A stretch of 40,825 nucleotides of DNA from a virus (IMGVR_UViG_3300025451_000026:1-40825), one strand, 5' to 3'. Numbered from the stretch's first letter, positions 1 to 8,932 are shown. The notes: generated by a model not told the origin, from the sequence alone. Numbers and translations are program-made.

Positions 1-1033
1 AAAGCCCCTCAAAGAAGGCGTGGTTACTTTCAACCCCGGCAGTAGGCAGCAAATTGGAGAAAAGCTAAAGGAACTTGGCTGGAAGCCCGATAAGTTTACC
101 CCTACTGGTCATCCTATTGTGGACGAAAGTGTACTTGAAAAGAGTACAATCCCTGAAGCTAAGTTAATTGCTGAGTATCTTATGTTACAGAAGCGCACAG
201 CACAGATCACAAGCTGGTTAGAGGCTGTGGAAGAGGATGGTAGAGTACACGGTAAGGTAATTACTAATGGCGCGGTCACTGGAAGAATGACACACTCAAC
301 ACCTAACATGGCACAGATACCTAATTCAGGTAGTATCTTTGGCCCAGAATGCAGAGAATGTTGGAGTGTTGAAGATGGTAATGTATTAGTTGGGTGTGAT
401 GCCAGTGGCCTTGAGTTACGTATGCTTGCTCATTATATGAAAGATGATAAATATGTCAAAACAGTTACTGAAGGAAGTTCCAAAGATGGTACAGATGTCC
501 ACACCGTCAATCAACGAGCTGCTGGACTCGCTACGAGAGACAACGCGAAGACTTTCATTTATGCCTTTCTCTACGGAGCAGGAGATAGTAAGATTGGTTC
601 AATTGTCGGAGGTAGCGCGGCAGCGGGTAAGAAGCTTAAACACTCATTTCTCGCACAGACACCAGCTTTACGAAAACTTATTGAAGGAGTCTCGAAATAT
701 GCAGCAAAGGGATTTGTTCCGGGATTAGATGGTAGAATGATTTGGGTTAGATCAGAGCACGCTGCTCTTAATAGTTTATTACAAGGGGCTGGTGCTGTTG
801 TTATGAAGAAGGCACTGGTACTCTTTAATGAACAGATTGTTAAGAATAAGTGGCCTGTAAAGATAGTAGTTAATGTGCATGATGAATTTCAGTGGGAAAC
901 TACTGAGAAGTATGCTACAATAACAGGTGAAGCAGGTAAACAAGCAATCATTGATGCAGGTTTGTTTTATAATCTTCGCTGTCCTCTGGATGGTGAATAC
1001 AAGATAGGGAAATCATGGCGTGAAACCCACTAA
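1..1033 (+). CDS. polA: Family A DNA polymerase, C-terminal part (5'-truncated by window edge; variant allele of 38822..40537)
   Basis: Motifs DASGLELR (A), RDNAKTFIYAFLYGAG (B), VHDE (C), TGRMTHS. Confidence 0.95.
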   Translation, partial: KPLKEGVVTFNPGSRQQIGEKLKELGWKPDKFTPTGHPIVDESVLEKSTIPEAKLIAEYLMLQKRTAQITSWLEAVEEDGRVHGKVITNGAVTGRMTHSTPNMAQIPNSGSIFGPECRECWSVEDGNVLVGCDASGLELRMLAHYMKDDKYVKTVTEGSSKDGTDVHTVNQRAAGLATRDNAKTFIYAFLYGAGDSKIGSIVGGSAAAGKKLKHSFLAQTPALRKLIEGVSKYAAKGFVPGLDGRMIWVRSEHAALNSLLQGAGAVVMKKALVLFNEQIVKNKWPVKIVVNVHDEFQWETTEKYATITGEAGKQAIIDAGLFYNLRCPLDGEYKIGKSWRETH

Positions 1034-1208
1034 AGAAGATGACGACTATAAACATATCCACATTAAGTTCAACGGTGAATCATTCATCTTAGCAACTTCA
1101 GAGGATATGGATAATGAAAAGATGTTCATTGTATTAGCTAGTGTTGTAAAGTATTTATCAGAAACATTTGAATTATCTGGTAAAACTGAAGATACTGTGG
1201 TACACTAA
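1020..1208 (+). CDS. Hypothetical protein (62 aa)
   Basis: ORF overlapping the pol stop. Downstream of the first few codons the protein is identical in the second copy at 40519..40710 despite synonymous changes. Confidence 0.75.
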   Translation: MKPTKEDDDYKHIHIKFNGESFILATSEDMDNEKMFIVLASVVKYLSETFELSGKTEDTVVH

Positions 1209-1258
1209 GAGACACTTCGGATAGACGAAGAATTTAAAAACTTAATAGGAACTTTAAA

Positions 1259-1699
1259 ATGGCCACAACTAACGACTCATCAATCAAACCAATCAAGATC
1301 GCAGGAGAACTCTTCTACGCTAAGGATATGTGTGAATTTAATCAGTACACTGAAGACTCTCAGAAATACATCGTACAGCTTGGTAAGCTCTCCAGCGCCG
1401 CTGTAGAGAAGTTGGAAGACCTTGGAATGGTTGTAGGTGAGCACGCAGACAAGGGACGCTTTGTAACCTGTAAGAGCAAGTTTGTAATTAAACCTACTGA
1501 CGAAGAGGGTGACGAGATTGACCCCCGCATCATTGGTAATGGCTCTAAAGCTATGGTAGTTGTTTCTCCTTATAACTGGTCATTCGGTAAGAAGAAAGGC
1601 ATCGGGGCAAGCCCTAAGCGAGTAGTTGTTACGGAGTTGATTAAATACACTCCTGCTTCTGCTGATATTGATTCTGAAGATGACGAATACATCCTCTAA
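1259..1699 (+). CDS. Single-stranded DNA-binding protein, T7 gp2.5-like
   Basis: IGNGSKA..V..Y pattern, acidic C-tail (DIDSEDDEYIL), RBS agga, position between pol and exonuclease. Confidence 0.75.
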   Translation: MATTNDSSIKPIKIAGELFYAKDMCEFNQYTEDSQKYIVQLGKLSSAAVEKLEDLGMVVGEHADKGRFVTCKSKFVIKPTDEEGDEIDPRIIGNGSKAMVVVSPYNWSFGKKKGIGASPKRVVVTELIKYTPASADIDSEDDEYIL

Positions 1700-2402
1700 G
1701 GATAAACGCCCGAGGGTAGCACTGATAGACATGGACTTCATGATCTACAGTGTTGCCTTCTCAGCTAAAGATGCCTCTGAACAGCTCGCTAAGAACCGAT
1801 TGACAGAGTGGTTAACAGAGATTGTCTATATCCAGCTTGATTGTGATGACTATAAAGCACATCTAACTGGTAAGACTAACTTTAGAAACAATGTTGCAGT
1901 AACATATCCTTATAAAGGTAATCGTAAAGATGTTGTACGACCAGAGCACTTCGATGCACTGCGTAAGCACGCTGAACGACTAGATGCTACAGTATCAGTT
2001 GATGAAGAAGCTGACGATACAGTAGCTATTGAGGCAGCTAAAACAGATTACTGGCTTGTTCATGTAGATAAGGATTTGAATCAACTACCGGGATGGCATT
2101 ACAATCCTGTTAAGCAAGAAGAATACTTTGTTACTGAAGATGAAGGAAACTATAGCTTCTATCTACAGTTATTAACAGGTGATCGTACCGATAATATCGT
2201 AGGCTTGAAAGGCATTGGGCCTGTTAAGGCTGCTAAGATACTCGGTGATTCAGTAGCTGTGATAGACCTGTACAACAGTGTTGTGAAGGCGTATGAGGAT
2301 GCTGGAGAACCTCTGGAACGTATTGTAGAGAATGGACAGCTATTGTGGCTTCGACGCTATGAAGGAGAGATGTGGCAACCACCAATAAACGTAAGCCAAT
2401 GA
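1680..2402 (+). CDS. 5'-3' exonuclease (T7 gp6/FEN family); start approximate
   Basis: LIDMD, YKGNRK, EADD, DKDL.QLPG, GDRTDNIVGLKGIGP motifs. Confidence 0.92.
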   Translation: MTNTSSKDKRPRVALIDMDFMIYSVAFSAKDASEQLAKNRLTEWLTEIVYIQLDCDDYKAHLTGKTNFRNNVAVTYPYKGNRKDVVRPEHFDALRKHAERLDATVSVDEEADDTVAIEAAKTDYWLVHVDKDLNQLPGWHYNPVKQEEYFVTEDEGNYSFYLQLLTGDRTDNIVGLKGIGPVKAAKILGDSVAVIDLYNSVVKAYEDAGEPLERIVENGQLLWLRRYEGEMWQPPINVSQ

Positions 2403-2794
2403 CCGTAAGGCAGGTAGCTTTGAAGCATGGGTTCAGATCAGGGCTTGAAGAGACCATTGCTAAGAAGTTATCTGCTGATAAAGTACCGTTTGAGTATGAG
2501 AAGCTAAAGATTAACTTTAATCAGCCTGAGAAGAAAAGAAGTTACACTCCTGACTTTCAATTGCTAAGTAATGGTATAATTATTGAGTCTAAAGGGAGGT
2601 TCTTAGTTGCAGATAGGTTAAAGCATCTGTGGGTTAAGGAGCAGCATCCTGAATATGATATTAGGTTTGTCTTTAGTAACTCTAAAGCTAAACTTAGTAA
2701 GGCTTCAAAGACTACTTATGGTATGTGGTGTGATAAGCATGGATTTAAATACGCCGATAGAGAAATCCCTCTCTCTTGGATACTGGAGAAATAA
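2399..2794 (+). CDS. Endonuclease I / Holliday junction resolvase (T7 gp3-like)
   Basis: FRSGLEE, YTPDF, IIESKGRF, DIRFVF, TYGMWCDKHGF. Confidence 0.93.
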   Translation: MTVRQVALKHGFRSGLEETIAKKLSADKVPFEYEKLKINFNQPEKKRSYTPDFQLLSNGIIIESKGRFLVADRLKHLWVKEQHPEYDIRFVFSNSKAKLSKASKTTYGMWCDKHGFKYADREIPLSWILEK

Positions 2795-2795
2795 T

Positions 2796-2957
2796 ATGTT
2801 GTTTAGTTTGTTAACTGTTTTGTTTGTTGGTTTGAAATTAACTAACTTTATTGATTGGTCTTGGTGGTATGTCCTGCTTCCTGCCTATGGTGGGATTATT
2901 CTTGGAATCTTTGCTTTTATTCTTTCCATTGTGATTTCTATTCTTTCTAAACGATAA
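2796..2957 (+). CDS. Small two-TM membrane protein (53 aa)
   Basis: ATG at 2796 after ggag. MLFSLLTVLFVGLKLTNFIDWSWWYVLLP matches a widespread phage IDWSWW membrane-protein pattern. Confidence 0.8.
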   Translation: MLFSLLTVLFVGLKLTNFIDWSWWYVLLPAYGGIILGIFAFILSIVISILSKR

Positions 2958-2962
2958 ATTAA

Positions 2963-3583
2963 ATGACAAATAAAGTAAAAGTAATCTGGTCAACCCCTAA
3001 TGGTGAAGACCTCATTGCACACATGGCACGGGTCAGTGCTCCAGCTAATCAGGAGGCTGGAACTGATTCATCACGGTTAATTAAATACTTGGTGAAACAT
3101 AAACATTGGTCGCCATTTGAGATGGTCAATGTATGTATGGAAATTGAAACTACACGAGATATAGCTCGACAGATTCTTCGGCATCGTAGTTTCTCATTCC
3201 AAGAGTTTAGTCAACGGTATGCTGAAGTTCAAGGATATGCACTATCTGAAGCGCGGCTGCAAGACACTAAGAACCGTCAGAATAGCCTAGATACAGAAGA
3301 TCGTGAGTTACAGGCATGGTGGACTGCAAAGCAGCGAGAAGCCTTGTTTACTGCTCGTATGGTGTACGATGAAGCACTTGCTATGGGTATTGCTAAGGAA
3401 GTTGCTCGTAAGGTGCTTCCAGAGGGCAATACAATGAGTAAAATATATATGAATGGTACACTACGAAGCTGGATGCACTATGTTGATATTCGATGTGATG
3501 CAGCTACTCAGAAAGAGCACAGAGATGTGGCTCTAAAGTGTAAAGAAGAGTTAATTAAACTGTTCCCTAATATTGGAGTATAA
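2963..3583 (+). CDS. thyX: Flavin-dependent thymidylate synthase
   Basis: Signature RHRSFSFQEFSQRY, HWSPFE, ARKVLP, QKEHR. Confidence 0.97.
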   Translation: MTNKVKVIWSTPNGEDLIAHMARVSAPANQEAGTDSSRLIKYLVKHKHWSPFEMVNVCMEIETTRDIARQILRHRSFSFQEFSQRYAEVQGYALSEARLQDTKNRQNSLDTEDRELQAWWTAKQREALFTARMVYDEALAMGIAKEVARKVLPEGNTMSKIYMNGTLRSWMHYVDIRCDAATQKEHRDVALKCKEELIKLFPNIGV

Positions 3584-3585
3584 TC

Positions 3586-3771
3586 TTGGCTGATATAAGT
3601 ATGTGCGATGGAAATGAATGTCCTAAGAAGCAAGAATGTTATCGTTATACTGCACCAGTGAATGAGTATCGTCAAGCATACTTTACATTCACTCCGTATG
3701 ATAAAGATCATTCCTCATGTGAGATGTTTACACCTACTAGTGAAAAGAAAGAAGTAAAGAATGAACTTTAA
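3586..3771 (+). CDS. Small Cys-rich phage protein (TTG start)
   Basis: ADISMC....CP....CYRY pattern; ggag 7 nt upstream of TTG; fills the gap between thyX and the next gene. Confidence 0.75.
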   Translation: MADISMCDGNECPKKQECYRYTAPVNEYRQAYFTFTPYDKDHSSCEMFTPTSEKKEVKNEL

Positions 3772-4078
3772 TGAATATCAGACACAAGCAGATAAGTTTG
3801 TACTTCCTTCAGCATATCGCCTAGAGTACCTTATAGCAGGGCTTGCTGGTGAGGCTGGAGAGGTTGCAAGTGCCTATGCTAAGTATGTGCGAGATGATAC
3901 ACCTCGTAATGCACTTCGTAAGGACTTGGTTAAGGAACTCGGTGATACACTATGGTTCATCTCAGAGATTGCTCAGTTTATGGATATTGATTTATCAGTG
4001 ATTGCTGAACAGAATATCTTGAAACTGGCTGATCGTAAACAACGTAACGTAATTGGAGGTAGCGGCAATGAACGATAA
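3761..4078 (+). CDS. MazG-like nucleoside triphosphate pyrophosphohydrolase
   Basis: GLAGEAGEV and KELGDTLWF (ExxE...ExxD) motifs, NILKL, C-terminal GSG.ER. Confidence 0.9.
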   Translation: MNFNEYQTQADKFVLPSAYRLEYLIAGLAGEAGEVASAYAKYVRDDTPRNALRKDLVKELGDTLWFISEIAQFMDIDLSVIAEQNILKLADRKQRNVIGGSGNER

Positions 4079-4325
4079 TATGGATGATGCTTCTGAATGG
4101 ACATATTCCACATACTCTTTTGGATTCACAGACAATGAGGGTAAATCAGCAGAGATGATTGTAGGCGGCCCTGAATATGCTCGATGGGAACAGATTATGG
4201 CTTCCTTTATTGACTTCTTAGAAGCTAGTGGCTATCGTGGTGTCAAAGAGCGTGTGGCTATTCCTGAGTTGTTTGCTTCACGTATGTGGACAGGCCCAAC
4301 ATTTAACCCGGAAGAGAGTCTATGA
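4068..4325 (+). CDS. Hypothetical protein
   Basis: ORF overlapping both neighbours; ATG at 4068 preceded by ggaggt. Confidence 0.75.
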   Translation: MNDNMDDASEWTYSTYSFGFTDNEGKSAEMIVGGPEYARWEQIMASFIDFLEASGYRGVKERVAIPELFASRMWTGPTFNPEESL

Positions 4326-4720
4326 TTGAAACAAAACAGTGTACACACTGTAAAGAAATAAAAGAAAATAGTGAGTTTTATTTAATTAAAAGAGCACTCC
4401 CAAGGAAACCTACACTATATCGACACTGTAAAGACTGTTGTAAAATAGTGGCAAAGGCAAATAAAGAATATTCTAAAAACTGGGAACTGCTTAAAAAGTA
4501 TTCACTTACACTAGAAGAATATAAAAAACAATGCTCTTTAAGAGAGAATAGTTGTGATATTTGTAAAGTAAGTGTAAAGACTCTTCATGTAGATCATAAT
4601 CATGCGACAGGCGCAGTAAGAGGTTATCTGTGTGGTTCTTGTAATAGAGCGATTGGGCTTTTAAAGGACAACGCTTCTGTTTGTTTTAAGGCGGGTATTT
4701 ATTTAAATGAAAAAGGATAA
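4322..4720 (+). CDS. Endonuclease VII-type HNH nuclease, probable free-standing homing endonuclease
   Basis: CxxC pairs, CDIC, LHVDHNH.TG.VRGYLC..CN..IG; visibly more AT-rich than flanking genes. Confidence 0.88.
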   Translation: MIETKQCTHCKEIKENSEFYLIKRALPRKPTLYRHCKDCCKIVAKANKEYSKNWELLKKYSLTLEEYKKQCSLRENSCDICKVSVKTLHVDHNHATGAVRGYLCGSCNRAIGLLKDNASVCFKAGIYLNEKG

Positions 4721-4724
4721 CAGC

Positions 4725-5495
4725 ATGCGTATTTTATATATACCAGATTGTCAAGTCAAAGAAGGTGTTCCTTTAGATCATTTAACATGGGCTGGTAAAG
4801 CGATTTGTGACTATCGGCCCGATGTTGTAGTAAACGGGGGTGACTTTGCAGATATGCCGAGCCTCTCAACACACGATATTAAGGGTAGTAAATACTTTGA
4901 AGGCTTACGGTACAAGAAGGACGTAGAGGTTGTTAAGGAGGCTATGAAGACACTCTTAGAGCCTCTCAGGACTATGCAGAAGGTTCACAAAGATGGTAAG
5001 CATAAGGTATACACACCTCGGATGGTTCTTACGCTTGGTAATCATGAGAATCGTATCAACCGCGCTATTAATAATAACCCTCAACTAGAAGGCTTGCTTT
5101 CTGTAAAGGACTTAGAGTATGAAAAGGATTGGGAAGTACATGAGTTTCTTCATCCAGTATTTATTAATGGTGTTGGCTTTAATCATTATTGGCCCGTTGG
5201 TGCTATGGGTCGTCCTGCTGCTAGTCCTGCTGCTATTATCAGTAAGTTGCATATGTCTTGTGTGGGAGGGCATCAGCAAGGTAAGTCAGTTTCTTATGGT
5301 AAAAGAGCAGATGGGCAAAGCATCTGTGCTATAATTGCAGGTAGTTATTATCAACACGATGAAGACTATATGGATCAACTCAGTAATAAACACTGGCGCG
5401 GTCTTGTAATCTTGAATGAAGTCAATGATGGGCATTTCGATGAAATGTTCTTGAGTATGGAATATTTGAAAGGTAAGTATGGAAAAGGACTGTAG
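4725..5495 (+). CDS. Calcineurin-like metallophosphoesterase
   Basis: IPDCQ, GDFAD, LGNHE, GHQQ motifs. Confidence 0.85.
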   Translation: MRILYIPDCQVKEGVPLDHLTWAGKAICDYRPDVVVNGGDFADMPSLSTHDIKGSKYFEGLRYKKDVEVVKEAMKTLLEPLRTMQKVHKDGKHKVYTPRMVLTLGNHENRINRAINNNPQLEGLLSVKDLEYEKDWEVHEFLHPVFINGVGFNHYWPVGAMGRPAASPAAIISKLHMSCVGGHQQGKSVSYGKRADGQSICAIIAGSYYQHDEDYMDQLSNKHWRGLVILNEVNDGHFDEMFLSMEYLKGKYGKGL

Positions 5496-6030
5496 TAACT
5501 GTTTCTATAGAGATATAGAGGGAATGAAATCACCCTGCAATAGCTGTATCTCGTTATTGACAACAATCCCTTACGATAAGTGGATAGATAGAAGTATTTA
5601 TATTAAAAAGGAAGAACCAGAAGTGACACACGAAGAAGAAGATGTATTTAAACAAATGACTGAATGGCTTACTAAACAATCTGTAGGTATTAAAGAAGAT
5701 AAACCTACATTAGGTGTAGCTCCGGGGCTAGGCGTCAAGTATGATAACGATAAGCCTCAGTGGTCTTTACTGCCCTTTGAAGCCTTAGAAGAAGTCGTTG
5801 AAGTCCTTACAATTGGAGCAAAGAAGTATGCACCTGATAACTGGAAATATGTTCCTGATGCTGATGTTCGATACATGAATGCAGCCTTTCGACATCTGGC
5901 TCAGTATATGCAAGGGGAACAATATGATGAAGAAACAGGAAAGAACCCTTTAGCTCACGCTGTTTGCTGCTTGTTGTTTAAACTGTGGTTTGATCGTCAA
6001 ACTGAGAAGCTGTATGATGATTCCTTTTGA
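5479..6030 (+). CDS. DUF5664-like dATP/dGTP diphosphohydrolase domain with N-terminal Cys-rich segment
   Basis: GVKYDNDKPQWSLLP, GAKKYAPDNW, AAFRHL, DEETG..PLAHA; N-terminal CSNC/CNSC. Confidence 0.85.
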   Translation: MEKDCSNCFYRDIEGMKSPCNSCISLLTTIPYDKWIDRSIYIKKEEPEVTHEEEDVFKQMTEWLTKQSVGIKEDKPTLGVAPGLGVKYDNDKPQWSLLPFEALEEVVEVLTIGAKKYAPDNWKYVPDADVRYMNAAFRHLAQYMQGEQYDEETGKNPLAHAVCCLLFKLWFDRQTEKLYDDSF

Positions 6031-6169
6031 AGAGGTATTAGAGAAACTGAAGCGACTCGATGAAGTAATGCTTCTTGAGTTGCTAGATATAAATAGTGAA
6101 GAGATCGTGAATATGTTTACTGATCGAATTGAATATAAATATGAAGAATTACTGAAAGAACTTGAATGA
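6014..6169 (+). CDS. Small acidic helical protein (51 aa), not in the ORF track
   Basis: MMIPFEEVLEKLKRLDEVMLLELLDINSEEIVNMFTDRIEYKYEELLKELE; its stop overlaps the RNR start (ATGA). Confidence 0.85.
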   Translation: MMIPFEEVLEKLKRLDEVMLLELLDINSEEIVNMFTDRIEYKYEELLKELE

Positions 6170-8121
6170 CTGAAACAACTACATACACACCTTCTCTCCG
6201 CGCACAAGTTATTACTCGTCGTACCTATAACCGACCACTTGAAGAAGGAGGCTTTGAGACTTGGGAGCAGACTGTAGATCGTGTCGTCGGACATCAATAC
6301 TGGTTGTGGGAACGAGCAGCGGGTGACACAGTTGATCTAACAGAACTAGAAGAGTTGCGTACTTTGATGCTAGAACGTAAGGTGCTTACATCGGGTCGTA
6401 CTCTGTGGCTTGGTGGTACATCAGTGGCTAAGAAGCGCGAGGCTTCACAGTTCAATTGCAGCTTTACTAACATTGAAACTGTGATGGACTGTGTAGACGC
6501 TCTGTGGCTCTTGTTGCAAGGCTGTGGAGTAGGCTTCCGCCCTGTTGTGGGACAGCTTACAGGATACTCTAAGCGTATTACGGACTTTGAAGTTATTCGT
6601 AGCACCCGTACTGATAAAGGTGGTGTTCAAGAGAACGTGGAGACCTTTAAAGATGGTGTGTGGACAATCAAAGTTGGAGACTCAGCAGAAGCATGGGCAA
6701 AGTCAATTGGTAAGCTGGTCGCTCATAAGTTTCCCGCCGATAAACTTGTACTCGATTTCTCCGAGATTCGTCCAGCAGGGGAACGTCTTGCAGGATACGG
6801 TTGGATTAGCTCAGGAGATGCCTCACTTGCTAAAGCCTATACAGCTATCCACAAGCTCTTGAATCGTCGTAGTGGGTCTCTGTTGACCCGTATGAACATT
6901 CTTGATCTGGTGAACTGGATGGGAACTGTGCTGTCATCACGCCGCAGTGCAGAGATTGCGCTGTTTGAGTATGGTGAAGATGAATGGAAAGAGTTTGCAG
7001 TAGCTAAGAAGGACTTCTGGGTATCTAATGAGCAACGAGCACAATCTAATAATAGTTTACTGTTTAAGACTAAGCCTGCTTTGAATGAGCTTCAGGACAT
7101 CTTTAAGCTAATGGTTGATTCAGGAGGCTCAGAGCCGGGATTTATTAACGCTGAAGCAGCTACGAAGCGTGCTCCGTGGTTTAAAGGCTCTAATCCCTGT
7201 GTAGAGATTCTGCTTGGTAATAAGAGCTTCTGTAACTTGACTGAGATTGACTTGAATAAGTTTCATGGGGACTCTGATGGACTTCGACGTGCAGTGCATA
7301 TTGCAGCTCGTGCAAACTATCGTCAGACCTGTGTAAACTTGCGTGACGGTATCTTGCAAGAAGCATGGCACTTGAATAATGATTTCCTTCGCCTATGTGG
7401 TGTTGGATTAACGGGTATTGCTACTCGACCTGATTTGAAAGCGTATGATTATGCAGAACTTCAACGAACAGCGGTTGCTGCTGCTTATGCAATGGCTGAT
7501 GAACTTGATACACCTCGTCCAAAGAATGTCACTACGGTTAAGCCAAGTGGTACTCTTTCAAAGATTATGGATACTACTGAAGGTGTTCATAAGCCTCTCG
7601 GTAAGTACATTTTCAATAATGTTGTGTTTAGTAAGTTTGATTTGGTCGTGCCTAAACTTCGTGCTGCTGGCTATCGTGTCTTTGAGCATCCATTTGATAA
7701 GGAATCTGTACTGGCGACTCTACCTGTTGCGTGGGACACTGTACAGTTTGATAAAGTAAATGGTGTTGAGGTTAACTTGGAATCTGCTGTAGATCAGCTT
7801 GAGCGTTATAAGATGCTTATGCAAACGTGGTGTCAACAGAATGTATCAGCAACTATTAGTTATGATGCCTCTGAAGTACCATCTATTATTGATTGGTTGT
7901 TATTGAATTGGGATAACTATGTGGGTGTATCATTTCTGTTTCGTAATGACCCTACGAAGACAGCAGCAGACTTAGGTTATCCGTATCTGCCTCAAGAGGT
8001 AGTAACTAAGGCTGTGTATGATGAATATGTATCTCGTATTGCTCCATTTGTAGTAGACGAGACTACAGTGTCTGATACACTAGATGATGATTGCAGTTCG
8101 GGCAGTTGCCCCGTTAGGTAG
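6166..8121 (+). CDS. nrdJ: Class II (adenosylcobalamin-dependent) ribonucleotide reductase
   Basis: FNCSF, GCGVGF, NPCVEI, FCNLTEI, TVKPSGTLS, C-terminal CSSGSC; no NrdB small subunit seen in the genome. Confidence 0.92.
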   Translation: MTETTTYTPSLRAQVITRRTYNRPLEEGGFETWEQTVDRVVGHQYWLWERAAGDTVDLTELEELRTLMLERKVLTSGRTLWLGGTSVAKKREASQFNCSFTNIETVMDCVDALWLLLQGCGVGFRPVVGQLTGYSKRITDFEVIRSTRTDKGGVQENVETFKDGVWTIKVGDSAEAWAKSIGKLVAHKFPADKLVLDFSEIRPAGERLAGYGWISSGDASLAKAYTAIHKLLNRRSGSLLTRMNILDLVNWMGTVLSSRRSAEIALFEYGEDEWKEFAVAKKDFWVSNEQRAQSNNSLLFKTKPALNELQDIFKLMVDSGGSEPGFINAEAATKRAPWFKGSNPCVEILLGNKSFCNLTEIDLNKFHGDSDGLRRAVHIAARANYRQTCVNLRDGILQEAWHLNNDFLRLCGVGLTGIATRPDLKAYDYAELQRTAVAAAYAMADELDTPRPKNVTTVKPSGTLSKIMDTTEGVHKPLGKYIFNNVVFSKFDLVVPKLRAAGYRVFEHPFDKESVLATLPVAWDTVQFDKVNGVEVNLESAVDQLERYKMLMQTWCQQNVSATISYDASEVPSIIDWLLLNWDNYVGVSFLFRNDPTKTAADLGYPYLPQEVVTKAVYDEYVSRIAPFVVDETTVSDTLDDDCSSGSCPVR

Positions 8122-8150
8122 TTGACTTCTCTGCCCAATCGTGATATAAT
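8122..8150 (+). promoter_or_regulatory. Sigma70-type promoter for the downstream nuclease gene
   Basis: TTGACT-17 nt-TATAAT directly after the RNR stop, followed by RBS aggag. Confidence 0.8.
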
Positions 8151-8171
8151 ATAGTTTTAATAGGAGACATT

Positions 8172-8732
8172 ATGAAAGTATTAAATCTGGTTGGGCAGGT
8201 TTTTGGAAAACTCACTGTTTTACAGTTAATGGAGAGTTCTCGTGACGGTTCTAGGCTGTGGCAGTGTGTTTGTGAGTGTGGTAATACGTACCAAGCAACT
8301 TCTCGGCACTTAAACAGGGCAAATAATAATGTACGTTCTTGCGGCTGTGACCAGTTTAAGAAGGGAAGTAGACATGCTCAGTGGGAAGGGGCAGGTGAAA
8401 TATCAGGCCATTGGTGGAGTGGTCATATTAAACACTCTGCAAACTGCCCTTCACGTAAAGCTATCGAGTTATCTCTAACTAAAGAAGAAGCATGGTCTTT
8501 ATTTCTAAAACAAGAGAGACGCTGTGCTCTCACAGGTGTTGTTCTTACTTTTGATAATAAAAGCCATACAAACACTGCTTCATTAGATCGAATTGATAAT
8601 AACATAGGATATAAAATAGGAAATGTGAGATGGGTGCATAAAACCATCAACATGATGAAACGTACTTACTCAGATACTTATTTTATTGAGTGGTGTCAAA
8701 GAGTGGTTTCACAAGTAAGAGAATCAAAATAG
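8172..8732 (+). CDS. HNH-type (His-Me finger) putative homing endonuclease
   Basis: G..FGKLTV, WQCVCECG, SCGC N-terminal module; CALTG, SLDRIDN..GY..GNVRWV...IN.MK. Confidence 0.8.
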   Translation: MKVLNLVGQVFGKLTVLQLMESSRDGSRLWQCVCECGNTYQATSRHLNRANNNVRSCGCDQFKKGSRHAQWEGAGEISGHWWSGHIKHSANCPSRKAIELSLTKEEAWSLFLKQERRCALTGVVLTFDNKSHTNTASLDRIDNNIGYKIGNVRWVHKTINMMKRTYSDTYFIEWCQRVVSQVRESK

Positions 8733-8761
8733 TTTATTTTAAAACCAAGTAAGGAGAATAT

Positions 8762-8917
8762 ATGATTATCGACTATGAACTTATTGCAGGCGTGAAGATT
8801 GGACTTGAATCTGACCGTGTATATATGATGGATGAAGATGAGAATACTGATGAAAACCCTACTGAGGTTATCTACATCCACTTAATTCTATTCACTATCT
8901 CTCTTATCTTTAATTAA
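8762..8917 (+). CDS. Small hypothetical protein (51 aa), not in the ORF track
   Basis: RBS aaggag; MIIDYELIAGVKIGLESDRVYMMDEDENTDENPTEVIYIHLILFTISLIFN. Confidence 0.8.
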   Translation: MIIDYELIAGVKIGLESDRVYMMDEDENTDENPTEVIYIHLILFTISLIFN

Positions 8918-8932
8918 CAAAGTATAGACGTT

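Larger units (their letters stand above)
1..1323. repeat. Left copy of a diverged end overlap (matches 39505..40825)
   Basis: Same sequence begins at 39505 (aaagcccctcaaagaagg). The first 127 bp are identical, then there are many substitutions and a 2-bp indel just after the polymerase stop. Confidence 0.95.

Noticed and set aside
1-1323. True direct terminal repeat or functional polA duplication
   Set aside because: The copies differ substantially, start mid-gene, and share exactly 127 identical leading bases, which fits an assembly overlap between strains better.
5479-6030. Z-genome or 7-deazaguanine modification pathway
   Set aside because: No purZ, dpdA, folE or queC/D/E recognisable; restriction-site avoidance also argues against blanket modification.
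6166-8121. Intein or intron in RNR, polymerase, helicase or terminase
   Set aside because: All are uninterrupted, of normal length, and lack splice-junction motifs.
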